From: a virus
Lineage: Duplodnaviria; Caudoviricetes
Virus record (IMG/VR): IMGVR_UViG_3300021387_003827
Span: 64,001-128,000 of that record
DNA length: 64,000 bases
Reading direction: 5' to 3' (one strand)
Positions 1 through 9,166 of the stretch are shown here, in pieces. The notes under the pieces were generated by a model. That model was not told the origin of the DNA. It searched no databases and saw nothing but the letters and a program-made list of their open reading frames with translations. Numbering within the stretch: position 1 is the stretch's first letter; each line of letters begins with the position of its first letter. A program made the position numbers and the translations under genes.

Positions 1-1
1 A

Positions 2-1444
2 ACAGATATCGGGTCGGAGAGATGGTTTAAACTCGTTGCAGTTCCAAAGGAAGAAAAAGATTATTCTAGGTTAGGACAATACCCGACAGATATATCGTGG
101 GGAGATGTGGCTGGAGATTGGTATAAAATGAAAATGCTTCCGGAGCTCTATGAGAAATTTAGATCCCTAGGTATAAATAACTATACACTAAAACTAGTCC
201 CTGCCAAAGATAGAAACGATAAGGGACTAGATCTTGGAGATGGATATGGTGGTATTTATAAGTTCTATACCCTATCATCAAATGACATAGACCAGCTTGT
301 ATCTAAGTTTACAGGAAATAATGATACAAGAGTTGACTTGACTAATAAAAATTTCTCTGAGTCTATGGTATCCGCTCTAAATAGAGAAGTTATTGCCGGG
401 AGATATGACAGAGACGCTTTATCCCCTACCCATAATCTTGACATAGATCAAACATTCAGAGATTATGAGTATGTCCAAGGTGTTCATAATAATCTTCAGA
501 CAGAATTTGATGAAAACATGGATAATGCTCAATTTAAGGAAGCTTGGAAAAATATTAAAACCGGCTACTATGAGAGAATGCCACATACAAATTCAGATAG
601 AGAGTTCTTTAATGCATACTACGGACCGACGGTAGATTATCTCAAGAGAAATGGAATGTCTCAGGAAAATGCAGAAGAATTTGCCCTTCAGCTTATAAGT
701 CACTGGGCAATGGAAACCGGCAATGGTAAGCATATGTCCGCCAACTTCAACATGGGAAATATTCATGCTGGGGAGAATTGGAAAGGAGAAAGTGTAGCTG
801 GAACTGATACCGTAGCTGGAAAGGGAACTGCCCGATATAACACCTACTTCCGGAAATATAGAAGCCTTGATGAATATCTCGACGATAGTATGAAGCTCTT
901 GTCCAACTCTAACTATAATTATATAAATAGAGGAGAGAATGGACTAAGCTTCAGAAATGGAATGGGACCTGAAGATTACTTTGAAGCTCTCCAGGTAAGA
1001 AGTAAGTACCATTGGGCTGGAAAATGGAACGGGGATAATTGGAGAAAAAATTACCTAGGAAAATTTAGAACAGTCCGAGATGAATTGGCAGAGGAAAGAG
1101 CAGCCAGGAAAGCCCAGTATGTTCCAAGCCCCTATATAGACCAGGAGGGTAAATCTGTTCCATTCATGTGGGGAGATAGATTTATGTATAACCCGGCGAC
1201 ATTCTCTTCTGTCGGTTCTAGTGTATTACTTCCAACTCCAGAAGATATTACCTCTGGAACTAAGACTATGAGAACAAGAGCCAGTGTTGAGGAGGCTATG
1301 AAAAATATGCCAGAAACTCTAAATGATATCAGGAGCGCATTAATAGCCCAAGGACAGGTAAGCACACAATACTACGAAGACGAAACACAATTACTATCCG
1401 AGATGCTTGCAAAATTGGGTAGAAGAAAAGGAGATAATGAATGA
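2..1444 (+). CDS. 5'-truncated virion protein with GH73 glucosaminidase (FlgJ-like) peptidoglycan hydrolase domain; possibly C-terminus of a tape-measure/tail lysin
   Basis: Frame is open from base 2, so the gene starts before the window. Motifs HWAMETGNG, NFNMGNIHAG and FRKYRSLDEY resemble GH73. Lies directly before the baseplate genes. Confidence 0.7.
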   Translation, partial: TDIGSERWFKLVAVPKEEKDYSRLGQYPTDISWGDVAGDWYKMKMLPELYEKFRSLGINNYTLKLVPAKDRNDKGLDLGDGYGGIYKFYTLSSNDIDQLVSKFTGNNDTRVDLTNKNFSESMVSALNREVIAGRYDRDALSPTHNLDIDQTFRDYEYVQGVHNNLQTEFDENMDNAQFKEAWKNIKTGYYERMPHTNSDREFFNAYYGPTVDYLKRNGMSQENAEEFALQLISHWAMETGNGKHMSANFNMGNIHAGENWKGESVAGTDTVAGKGTARYNTYFRKYRSLDEYLDDSMKLLSNSNYNYINRGENGLSFRNGMGPEDYFEALQVRSKYHWAGKWNGDNWRKNYLGKFRTVRDELAEERAARKAQYVPSPYIDQEGKSVPFMWGDRFMYNPATFSSVGSSVLLPTPEDITSGTKTMRTRASVEEAMKNMPETLNDIRSALIAQGQVSTQYYEDETQLLSEMLAKLGRRKGDNE

Positions 1445-2643
1445 AAGAAAATAATTTATCAGGATGGTATTATGACCTCCAACGAGATAATGAAATAACC
1501 TCTGTAAAACTTCTAGCCAATACTTATAAAAGTAATGAGAAGAGAAAGAAGAATGTGTTTACAACTGACTCTGATGGGAATAAAATCTTTGCCACAGAGG
1601 GAGGAAGCAATAATACACTACTTTTCGAAGAAGAAGGAACAGGGGAGAATATTTGGAAAAAAGCCGTAGATGCGAAGGGAGAAAATCCGGAATGGTGGGA
1701 AGAAGATTCTGATGGATATAATAAACTTCTCTGTAAGTCCATTATATCTGAGGATTTTAATATATCTACTACCAACTCTTGGACTGACTTCGGAGGCGAT
1801 CCACTAGGTGCTGCATGGGAAGGAATAGCTAAACCTTTGGCACCATACGCTACTATGTTTAAAGATGCTCTAAATTCTTTGGTAGAAAAACAAAATATCA
1901 GGAAATCAAATGGGGCGGAAGAAGGTAAAGTTGCATCTCTCATGTCAAAGGCAACAGAATTAATGTCTACCTTCTCGAATAATAATTCCTTAAGTGAGTA
2001 CCTCAATAAATCTTTGGTTGTACAAGGAACAAGATTTACATATTATTCTGGAACAGGCATCTCATTTAATAACCTAGGAATGAGATTTACAATATTCCCG
2101 CGATATGACGAGAATGGAAAATTTATGTCAGTCCTGGATCAGATTGGAGATATTTTACCATATATCGTCGGAAGATTTGTACCATTTCATATAAGTGATA
2201 CTCAAACAGCCTCTTTAGTACAGAAATTTGTTGGAAATACAGCTATAAAAGATGTAGAGGCTTTTGTATCCCAATATGTAAATTGGCAAGAACCTCCTGG
2301 TGGATTTATGGCTAAGAATAAAGATGTAGATCAGACTGGTATAACTGATGCAGATTCTCCTCAATTTGGAACTCTTAAATTAAAAATAGGTGGACTCTAT
2401 GCCATAACTAATCTAGTCTGTGCAGATGCGTCTCTTACTTTTTCCAAGCAAATGGTAAAAGGTCCAAGCAGTGAAACCCCCTTAACACCACTCTACTGTG
2501 ATGTTAACCTCATGCTTAAGCCTGCCACTAAGTATTCCGATAAGTCCTTAATGAGATTTATAAATGGAAAGGCTATGGAAGGTGATCAGAATAGTATAAA
2601 GAAAAGATTAAAAGATGGCCTAGATGCAGCCAAGAAGAACTAA
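1441..2643 (+). CDS. putative baseplate/tail-tube initiator protein (T4 gp48/gp54-like)
   Basis: 400 aa, ATGA-coupled. YYSGTG..MRFTIFP segment and position before gp53-, hub- and spike-like genes. Confidence 0.45.
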   Translation: MKENNLSGWYYDLQRDNEITSVKLLANTYKSNEKRKKNVFTTDSDGNKIFATEGGSNNTLLFEEEGTGENIWKKAVDAKGENPEWWEEDSDGYNKLLCKSIISEDFNISTTNSWTDFGGDPLGAAWEGIAKPLAPYATMFKDALNSLVEKQNIRKSNGAEEGKVASLMSKATELMSTFSNNNSLSEYLNKSLVVQGTRFTYYSGTGISFNNLGMRFTIFPRYDENGKFMSVLDQIGDILPYIVGRFVPFHISDTQTASLVQKFVGNTAIKDVEAFVSQYVNWQEPPGGFMAKNKDVDQTGITDADSPQFGTLKLKIGGLYAITNLVCADASLTFSKQMVKGPSSETPLTPLYCDVNLMLKPATKYSDKSLMRFINGKAMEGDQNSIKKRLKDGLDAAKKN

Positions 2644-2645
2644 CT

Positions 2646-2951
2646 ATGTATAGAAAAAATAATACCATAGTTGGATCTAAAAATGAATTAGGGAATTATG
2701 TAGAGGGCGCTGATATCTACAACTCCGCCCTCTTATCCCTAATCGATGATCCAAATATACCTAAATCTCTATATACAATTACAATATATGAATACAGACC
2801 AGATCTCATAGCAAGAGAGTTTTATGGGTCTGAAGAATATCTTGGAATTCTTGTATATCAGGTTGGGATAGGCCTAGAGAATTATGTTAAAGGCACCGTT
2901 CTTAAGCTTATTCCTAAAGAAACTATTGATTTATTTATAAAGAATATATAA
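2646..2951 (+). CDS. baseplate wedge protein, gp53/LysM-like
   Basis: RPDLIAREFYGS motif typical of gp53/LysM-like baseplate proteins; gene order. Confidence 0.6.
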   Translation: MYRKNNTIVGSKNELGNYVEGADIYNSALLSLIDDPNIPKSLYTITIYEYRPDLIAREFYGSEEYLGILVYQVGIGLENYVKGTVLKLIPKETIDLFIKNI

Positions 2952-2952
2952 T

Positions 2953-3969
2953 ATGAAAAGTAATTCGTACGATATCTCCATTGATATAAGCCCTTGGACT
3001 TCTTGTGGATATTCTCTTAAGGAATTAAAACTAGTGGAGAAGATCGGCGGGGAACTTTCAAGTGGAGAGGCTGAATTTTTCATAGAAGATCTTACCTCAA
3101 ATAATGTTCTTTCACTATTAACAGATCTTAATACGGGGTCTATAACTCTTCGAAATGATAAAGAAGGTGGAATACAGTATGAGGATATTCCATTCTTTAT
3201 AACTTCCAGGGATTGGATTGAAAACCACCTTAAGATAGAATTCATATGTATTCCAGATCACCTCTTCTATGACGAATTTATAACAACAAGTTTTGAAGAT
3301 ATCAACGCAGCCTTAGGAATGTTATATCCTGGAAAAGCAAATATAGAGTCGACAAGTGATATAAATAATGGAATTCCTATCCTTCAGGCATATGAAAGTA
3401 ATTATAATCTTTGCACTAGGTTATGTCTTTCCTTTAAACATGATACTATCTTTGGTTATGGATGGGATGGATTATTTATAAAAGATATTCCTGGAGAACC
3501 TAAATATTCTGTTATGTCTGGTCTTGGAAATATGAGTATAATATCTCCATACTCCTTGAAATATTCTTATATCTTAAATACAGAACCTAAGGATATGGAA
3601 ATGGATACAGAAAATTCCAAGAGCATGCTTATAAATTATGAAGGCAAGGAACACTATATAATGGGAACAGACTATTATCATCTTGTCGAAAATTATGTAT
3701 GGAATAAGAGATTTTATGACGTAGGATTTAATTCCTCCATAAAACTTAAAGGAACTGATATGCCTTCTTATAGACTAGGAGATGTTGTTGAAGTTGGAAA
3801 TACAAAAGACGATCAAAAACTTCCATTCACAAAATTCCTGGTGGCCTCGAATGAATTATATTACTCCTTGCCAGAAAATAAAGATAGAGATGAATCCGGA
3901 TTAAAATTTTCCTGGACATCTGAGTTCTTTGGTCTGGATAAGGGAAAATGGAATGAAAACGAAGAATGA
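2953..3969 (+). CDS. putative baseplate hub protein (gp27/gpD-like)
   Basis: 338 aa, between the gp53-like and spike-like genes; mainly synteny. Confidence 0.4.
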   Translation: MKSNSYDISIDISPWTSCGYSLKELKLVEKIGGELSSGEAEFFIEDLTSNNVLSLLTDLNTGSITLRNDKEGGIQYEDIPFFITSRDWIENHLKIEFICIPDHLFYDEFITTSFEDINAALGMLYPGKANIESTSDINNGIPILQAYESNYNLCTRLCLSFKHDTIFGYGWDGLFIKDIPGEPKYSVMSGLGNMSIISPYSLKYSYILNTEPKDMEMDTENSKSMLINYEGKEHYIMGTDYYHLVENYVWNKRFYDVGFNSSIKLKGTDMPSYRLGDVVEVGNTKDDQKLPFTKFLVASNELYYSLPENKDRDESGLKFSWTSEFFGLDKGKWNENEE

Positions 3970-4544
3970 TTAATCCAGTATTTTATGTCGGGAGAATAAA
4001 AGAAGTTATAGACCCGAAAATATATATAGTCTCCGTAGAAGTTCCAGGTATCTTCGAGGAACTTAAAGCATTCCCAAGAAAGGGGCAACTAGATGAACCT
4101 AAACCTGGTGATCCCGTTGTACTTCTTGGCCTTGATCCTCTCTATAATTCCTACTATCTATGGGAAGGACTTAAAGAAACTGAATTTAGAGGAATACGTG
4201 TGGCTGGAAAAGAAATTACCTGGGACGAAGATAAGATAATGATTGGTGTATATAGTGGAGAAAACGAAGAGGATGGTAGTGAGGTTGATCCAGATAAAGC
4301 AATGATAACCCTAGATAAAGATGGGAACATAAAAATCAATGCTACGGCTGATGTTAATATAGAAGTCCAAGGAACAACCACACTGAAATCTACAAAAACT
4401 ATAATAAAGGGTCCGGGAAAACTTACAATCGAAAACGGTACAGTAATTCCAGATCCTTCCGGTGGACCATTTGTAGCAACTAAAGTAACACCGCCTCAAG
4501 GATCTCCGCTACCATCTGGAAATTCAATAATACTTGGAGGATAA
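3966..4544 (+). CDS. baseplate central spike (gp5/gpV-like OB fold plus beta-helix)
   Basis: N-terminal VGRIKEVIDP..V.V..PG..P..GD.V OB-fold pattern, then short beta-strand repeats (ITLDKDGNIKINATADVNIEV). Confidence 0.6.
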   Translation: MINPVFYVGRIKEVIDPKIYIVSVEVPGIFEELKAFPRKGQLDEPKPGDPVVLLGLDPLYNSYYLWEGLKETEFRGIRVAGKEITWDEDKIMIGVYSGENEEDGSEVDPDKAMITLDKDGNIKINATADVNIEVQGTTTLKSTKTIIKGPGKLTIENGTVIPDPSGGPFVATKVTPPQGSPLPSGNSIILGG

Positions 4545-4547
4545 GAT

Positions 4548-5270
4548 ATGGGACTAATAGATGGACTAAAGGAAGCCGTACTTAAAGAAATAGCGGACAA
4601 TCTCTTACCTTCGGTGGATATAAAAGATAAGTTTAGGGATTGGGATTCACTTTCCCCAGAACTTAAAGATGAATTTCTGGAGGACGAAGAGACAATAAAC
4701 TCAAACATAGAAGATCAAAAGGAACAGGTTATAAAAGGAATGGAACCGAAATGGAATAACCTGTCGTCCTCTTTAAATCTTCTTGTAAATTCTTCAACAC
4801 AATTTGTAACAAGGCTGGCAATGGTTCCTACGGCAATTATATCAACAACTCCCGTAGGTCCTGGTGTAGCGGCTGGAGCAATACCACAGGCAATAGCACA
4901 ATTAAAAAGTGATGGAGAGACTGTTGGAAAAGCTTATGATGATACTAAAAACTCTCTCTCTGAAATTCTTGGAGGTTATAGTGGGGATAGTACGATTATA
5001 ACCGACCTTAAGACCACCATAAGTACTCTCCTTGGAACTGCAGCAATAGCCTTAGCGGTTGTAGGAATTTCGAAGGATGGAGTTGAAGCACAGGAGCCAG
5101 AAGTACAAAGTCCTGTTGCTCTTCCTGAATACAAGGCCGGCGATTGTAAAAATTACCGGGAGATAGAACAGGAAGATCCGGTAGAATGTGAAAATTGTGA
5201 AAACTATAATGCTTTAAATCCTTCAGGGACGCGGGCATGTAATAATTGTACCCGCTATGAAAAAAGATAG
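4548..5270 (+). CDS. hypothetical virion-module protein with Cys-rich C-terminus
   Basis: 240-aa ORF ending C..Y/CENC/CNNC. Confidence 0.6.
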   Translation: MGLIDGLKEAVLKEIADNLLPSVDIKDKFRDWDSLSPELKDEFLEDEETINSNIEDQKEQVIKGMEPKWNNLSSSLNLLVNSSTQFVTRLAMVPTAIISTTPVGPGVAAGAIPQAIAQLKSDGETVGKAYDDTKNSLSEILGGYSGDSTIITDLKTTISTLLGTAAIALAVVGISKDGVEAQEPEVQSPVALPEYKAGDCKNYREIEQEDPVECENCENYNALNPSGTRACNNCTRYEKR

Positions 5271-5800
5271 TGGGATGGCTTATGGAGAGTGAAATTTCCA
5301 TAGGTCTCAAGTTGAAAACGCAGAGACTTGGGAGACGAAATCAAGATGAAACCCGAAGAAAAGCTGAGCGTTAGCGAAGTCTTTTCGAGTGGTTGAATAT
5401 TGATGAGTATCCTTAGGTAAAACAAAATCGAACCCCACCTCCATTTCATTCCGGTGGGCTCCGTTAAAGAAAAGAAATTGTGTGAAAGATATATAAATTA
5501 TTTTAAGAACAGCTGGCCCGAACCACAACTAACCCCGGAACGGAACGTTAGTGGAGTGGAGGGGTGTATGTTGGGGTGAAGGGGCCAGGTGTAATAAAAA
5601 ATAGTGACTTTACTTATATAAAGGTAATTTTTGTGGGTGTCAAAAAAAATTGTGACTTTTTTGGTTATTTTTGGACATTTTCGCAGAAAATGGACAAAAA
5701 TGTTAGAAAAACACCCAATTTTGCAGATAAATTTAATAGTATTCCTTATATATAGTAGAGGATGCTTCGCCTCCCAAGTGTGAAGCATCCTGAGATAAAA
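5271..5800. other. long structured non-coding region (multiple hairpins, A/T tracts); candidate replication origin or element end
   Basis: Hairpins at 5340-5404, 5434-5458, 5513-5588, 5668-5700 and 5759-5791, with GTTA/GNA loops and GA/GGA internal loops. No credible ORF. Confidence 0.6.
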
Positions 5801-5823
5801 TATTATTAAATTTATTATAATGT

Positions 5824-7842
5824 ATGATTAAATCTACAATTAATGTACCTAGAGGAATTAGATACATTAGCGAATGGCAAAATTTTAATATACCAGAAAA
5901 AATTTGCATCTTAAACAAAACTCTTACTGGATGTGGTTTCACCGAGTGGGTAATAACTAGTAATGAAAATGTAGTTTTATGTTCTCCCCGTAAAATCCTC
6001 CTAGAAAACAAAGAAGAACAACATCCTGAAGTATTCTATTTTAAGAATGAATTAGATTATGACATAAGAGTTGACAAGGATCTCACAAAAGAGTACTATA
6101 AGAAATACGATCAAATTCCTACTCCTCCAGCCGATGCACAAGAAAGGTTGGAAAATATGAAACAAGGCCTGAAGAATTATTGTTATTCTAGGATGATGAA
6201 GGGCCTACCAATAAAGATCCTTGTTACCTACGACTCCTTCAGAATTGTAAAGGAAGTGCTTAAGACTTCGTTACCAGATGTATATTTTAACATCTATATC
6301 GACGAGTTCCAGAGTATTTTCACGGACTCACGCTTTAAATCATCTACGGAAATTGTCTTTTTATCTCATCTTCAAGGCCTGGATAAAGTATGTTTTGTAT
6401 CCGCCACACCAATGATAGATAAATACCTGGAGATGTTGGATGAATTTAAAGATCTCCCATACTTTGAACTTGACTGGGGAGCGGAGGAACAATCTAGAAT
6501 CATAAAGCCGAATCTTGAGATTAAGGCCATCAATGGATCAATAACTTCCTATGTAAAAGCTATTACGGATAAATATTTGTCAGGAAATTTTGACAAGGCA
6601 ACATATAGAGATGAATCCGGAAGGATAGTTGAAATAGAGTCCAAAGAAGCTGTTATCTATGTAAATTCGGTAAAGAATATTTGTGATATAATCCGAAAAT
6701 GTGGGTTAAATATAAATAATACTAACGTTCTCTGTGCTAGAACCCCTGAAAATGAAAAGGATATAAAGAAAGCATTTGGACTTAAGGGGAAAGGCGTATC
6801 AGGAATAGGAAAAGTGCCGCTGAGGGGAGAACCTAGAAAAATGTTTACCCTTTGTACTAGGACCGTCTATCTTGGAGCTGACTTTTATTCCCCATGTGCC
6901 CAGAGTTTCATATTCTCTGATGCTAATATAGACTGTCTTTCGGTTGATATTACTACAGACCTTCCTCAGATTTTGGGACGACAAAGATTAGAAAGTAATC
7001 CTTGGAAAAATTCTGCCAGGTTATATTATAAGACTTTGGCAACAGATAAAGCTATAACTCAAGATGACTTCAACAATCACATTCAAAAGAAAGTTAGTGA
7101 TACAAATGATCTTCTGTCCCTCTATAATAGATCTGTAGGTAGTGAAAAATCTACTTTAGCTGAAAGATGTTTACACCTGGTTAAGAGTATGAATTATAGG
7201 TTAGATTATTTGGCCGTCAATGAAAGGGCTGGAAATGTTTTGGTTCCTGTCTTTAATAACCTTGTCCTTGTTTCAGAGCTTAGAACTTTCGAAATACAAC
7301 AGATAGAATATAAGGATAGATTCTCGGTTTTCAGTACAATAGTGAATAATGATCTTCTTGTTTTTGAAGAGAAGATAGACTCATTTGTAACTAAGTTTAA
7401 TTCTCTCATCCTATTTACTGATAAGATGAAGTATGTTTGTGATACATGTGAAGTATTAGGCGAAGATGAGGCTGACAGGTTTATTAATTCTATTCCATTG
7501 ATATATAAGAATTATTATCTAACTTTAGGACCTGAACGAATAAAAACATTCTCGTATCGAAAGGCATATCTTGAGGCTGAATATAGCAAACAATTTCAGC
7601 AGCAGAATACTATAACTGATCTTGATACTTTGATCTATTCTAGAATATCAATTGGAGATAGATATAGCAACCAAGAGCTTAAAGAATTGCTTAGGTCTTT
7701 ATATGAAATTGCTTCTTATCCTGCCAATCCAAAAGCTAGCGATATAGAAAAATGGTTTGAGATAAGGCCTTGTCAAATTACTAATAAAACGACAGGAAAG
7801 AAGGACCATGGCTTTGAAATTATAAAAAAGAAAGACAAATGA
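5824..7842 (+). CDS. SF2 helicase-like protein with altered Walker A and C-terminal putative DNA-binding domain
   Basis: Motifs in order: TGCGFT (I, K replaced by F), SPRK (Ia), IDEFQ (II), SATP (III), IYVNS (IV), TRTVYLGADF (V), QILGRQR (VI). Confidence 0.75.
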   Translation: MIKSTINVPRGIRYISEWQNFNIPEKICILNKTLTGCGFTEWVITSNENVVLCSPRKILLENKEEQHPEVFYFKNELDYDIRVDKDLTKEYYKKYDQIPTPPADAQERLENMKQGLKNYCYSRMMKGLPIKILVTYDSFRIVKEVLKTSLPDVYFNIYIDEFQSIFTDSRFKSSTEIVFLSHLQGLDKVCFVSATPMIDKYLEMLDEFKDLPYFELDWGAEEQSRIIKPNLEIKAINGSITSYVKAITDKYLSGNFDKATYRDESGRIVEIESKEAVIYVNSVKNICDIIRKCGLNINNTNVLCARTPENEKDIKKAFGLKGKGVSGIGKVPLRGEPRKMFTLCTRTVYLGADFYSPCAQSFIFSDANIDCLSVDITTDLPQILGRQRLESNPWKNSARLYYKTLATDKAITQDDFNNHIQKKVSDTNDLLSLYNRSVGSEKSTLAERCLHLVKSMNYRLDYLAVNERAGNVLVPVFNNLVLVSELRTFEIQQIEYKDRFSVFSTIVNNDLLVFEEKIDSFVTKFNSLILFTDKMKYVCDTCEVLGEDEADRFINSIPLIYKNYYLTLGPERIKTFSYRKAYLEAEYSKQFQQQNTITDLDTLIYSRISIGDRYSNQELKELLRSLYEIASYPANPKASDIEKWFEIRPCQITNKTTGKKDHGFEIIKKKDK

Positions 7843-8840
7843 TCTACCTTATTGAAGTAACGTATTATATCAAGGAAACCGGAGGAATTTTAGATCTTCT
7901 TAAAATTGGATTTACAGATAATAGTTCTAGAAGAATGTTAGCTTATAAATACCATAACCCTGGATTTAAACAGCTAGGGAAAATAGAAGACGGAACATTA
8001 CAAGACGAGACCAATCTACACTATCATTTCAGGAAGTATAAGTATCCTGATTTTGGAAATGAATGGTTTTTATATAATGATGAAATTGTCGAATTCTTTA
8101 AGACTCATAAAACATCTGAGTCTTTATACTACGACATAGATATAGAGCCAGAGGTAGATAAGAGGTATAGAGGGGACATACTTCAGGAGGGGATTAGGTT
8201 ATTAAATCGTGCCTATAATATTTTGGGTGTCGAGTTTAATGTTAATATTGACGAAGATATTTATAAGAAAGCTCAGGATTATTTAAGCCGGGTTCCCAAA
8301 GATATCAAGGAATTAAAGAAATTCATTGAAGAAGATTATAATATTACTTTCTCGGAGGAAGATTTTATATTAGACGATAGATTACAAAATATTATCAATG
8401 AATTTAACTCATTTCCTCAGTTTACAGATAAGATGAAGTATTTGTGTGATCTTTCTGAAGATCCTGAATTTGATAAGATCCTAGACTCTGTTCCGATATT
8501 ATACAAGAGCTACTATATTATCTTAGGACCTGAACGAATAAAAACATACTCATATAGGAGAGCTTATCTTGAGGCTGAGTATAATGTAAAGATTGGCAAA
8601 GAATGTACAATAGATGAGCTTACTTGCCTAGTTTATTCTACGATAGAGGTGGGGAAAAGATATAGTAACCAGGAACTTAAAGAGGCATTAAGATCTCTAT
8701 ATGAATCCATCTCTTATCCCGCTAATCCTAAAGCAACTGATATAGAAAAGTGGTTTGAAGTAAGGACCTGTCGAATTATTAATAAAGAAACAGGAAAGCG
8801 GGATTATGGATTCAAGATATTAAGAAAGAAAGATTTATGA
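7839..8840 (+). CDS. T5orf172/GIY-YIG-like nuclease domain protein whose C-terminal domain is paralogous to that of the upstream helicase
   Basis: IYLI..LLKIGFT..RR..Y...NP...E..LH..F...GNEWF pattern. The last ~145 aa align with the helicase C-terminus. Confidence 0.65.
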   Translation: MIYLIEVTYYIKETGGILDLLKIGFTDNSSRRMLAYKYHNPGFKQLGKIEDGTLQDETNLHYHFRKYKYPDFGNEWFLYNDEIVEFFKTHKTSESLYYDIDIEPEVDKRYRGDILQEGIRLLNRAYNILGVEFNVNIDEDIYKKAQDYLSRVPKDIKELKKFIEEDYNITFSEEDFILDDRLQNIINEFNSFPQFTDKMKYLCDLSEDPEFDKILDSVPILYKSYYIILGPERIKTYSYRRAYLEAEYNVKIGKECTIDELTCLVYSTIEVGKRYSNQELKEALRSLYESISYPANPKATDIEKWFEVRTCRIINKETGKRDYGFKILRKKDL

Positions 8841-9166
8841 TTTACTTACTGTCGAGCGGAAGAACTACAACACGTCTGGAATATTATGTGCTCGATTTAT
8901 TTAAAATTTACTTAACTGTCTACCCCGATGATATTCCAGGCGCTCCATCGATAGGGTTTGATTATATTATACAGGACACAAGAAAATCAGATCTTGTGGA
9001 TGCTGTAAGAAATAAAGTTTCAGGATTAGTGTCAAAGATATCTTCAAGAATTAATGACAGAGCGGAGATAACTATAGACTCCATTGAAATCCTGGATGAA
9101 ACAAAAGCAAGAATTACCGTAACCATAAATAAATTGGTTACAGATTCTATAGACTACAATTTATGA
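8837..9166 (+). CDS. baseplate wedge/sheath initiator, gp25-like
   Basis: 109 aa with L...P.DIPG.P.IG pattern, preceding a gp6-like gene. Confidence 0.5.
   Translation: MIYLLSSGRTTTRLEYYVLDLFKIYLTVYPDDIPGAPSIGFDYIIQDTRKSDLVDAVRNKVSGLVSKISSRINDRAEITIDSIEILDETKARITVTINKLVTDSIDYNL

Noticed and set aside
5271-5415. tRNA or riboswitch in the multi-hairpin segment
   Set aside because: No T-loop/D-loop consensus or CCA end, and no riboswitch core I can recognise. An Rfam search was not possible.
5255-6011. Short ORFs over the structured intergenic region (5255-5449, 5307-5528, 5498-5788, 5564-5755, 5733-6011)
   Set aside because: Mutually overlapping, mostly antisense, atypical composition; better explained as non-coding structured DNA.
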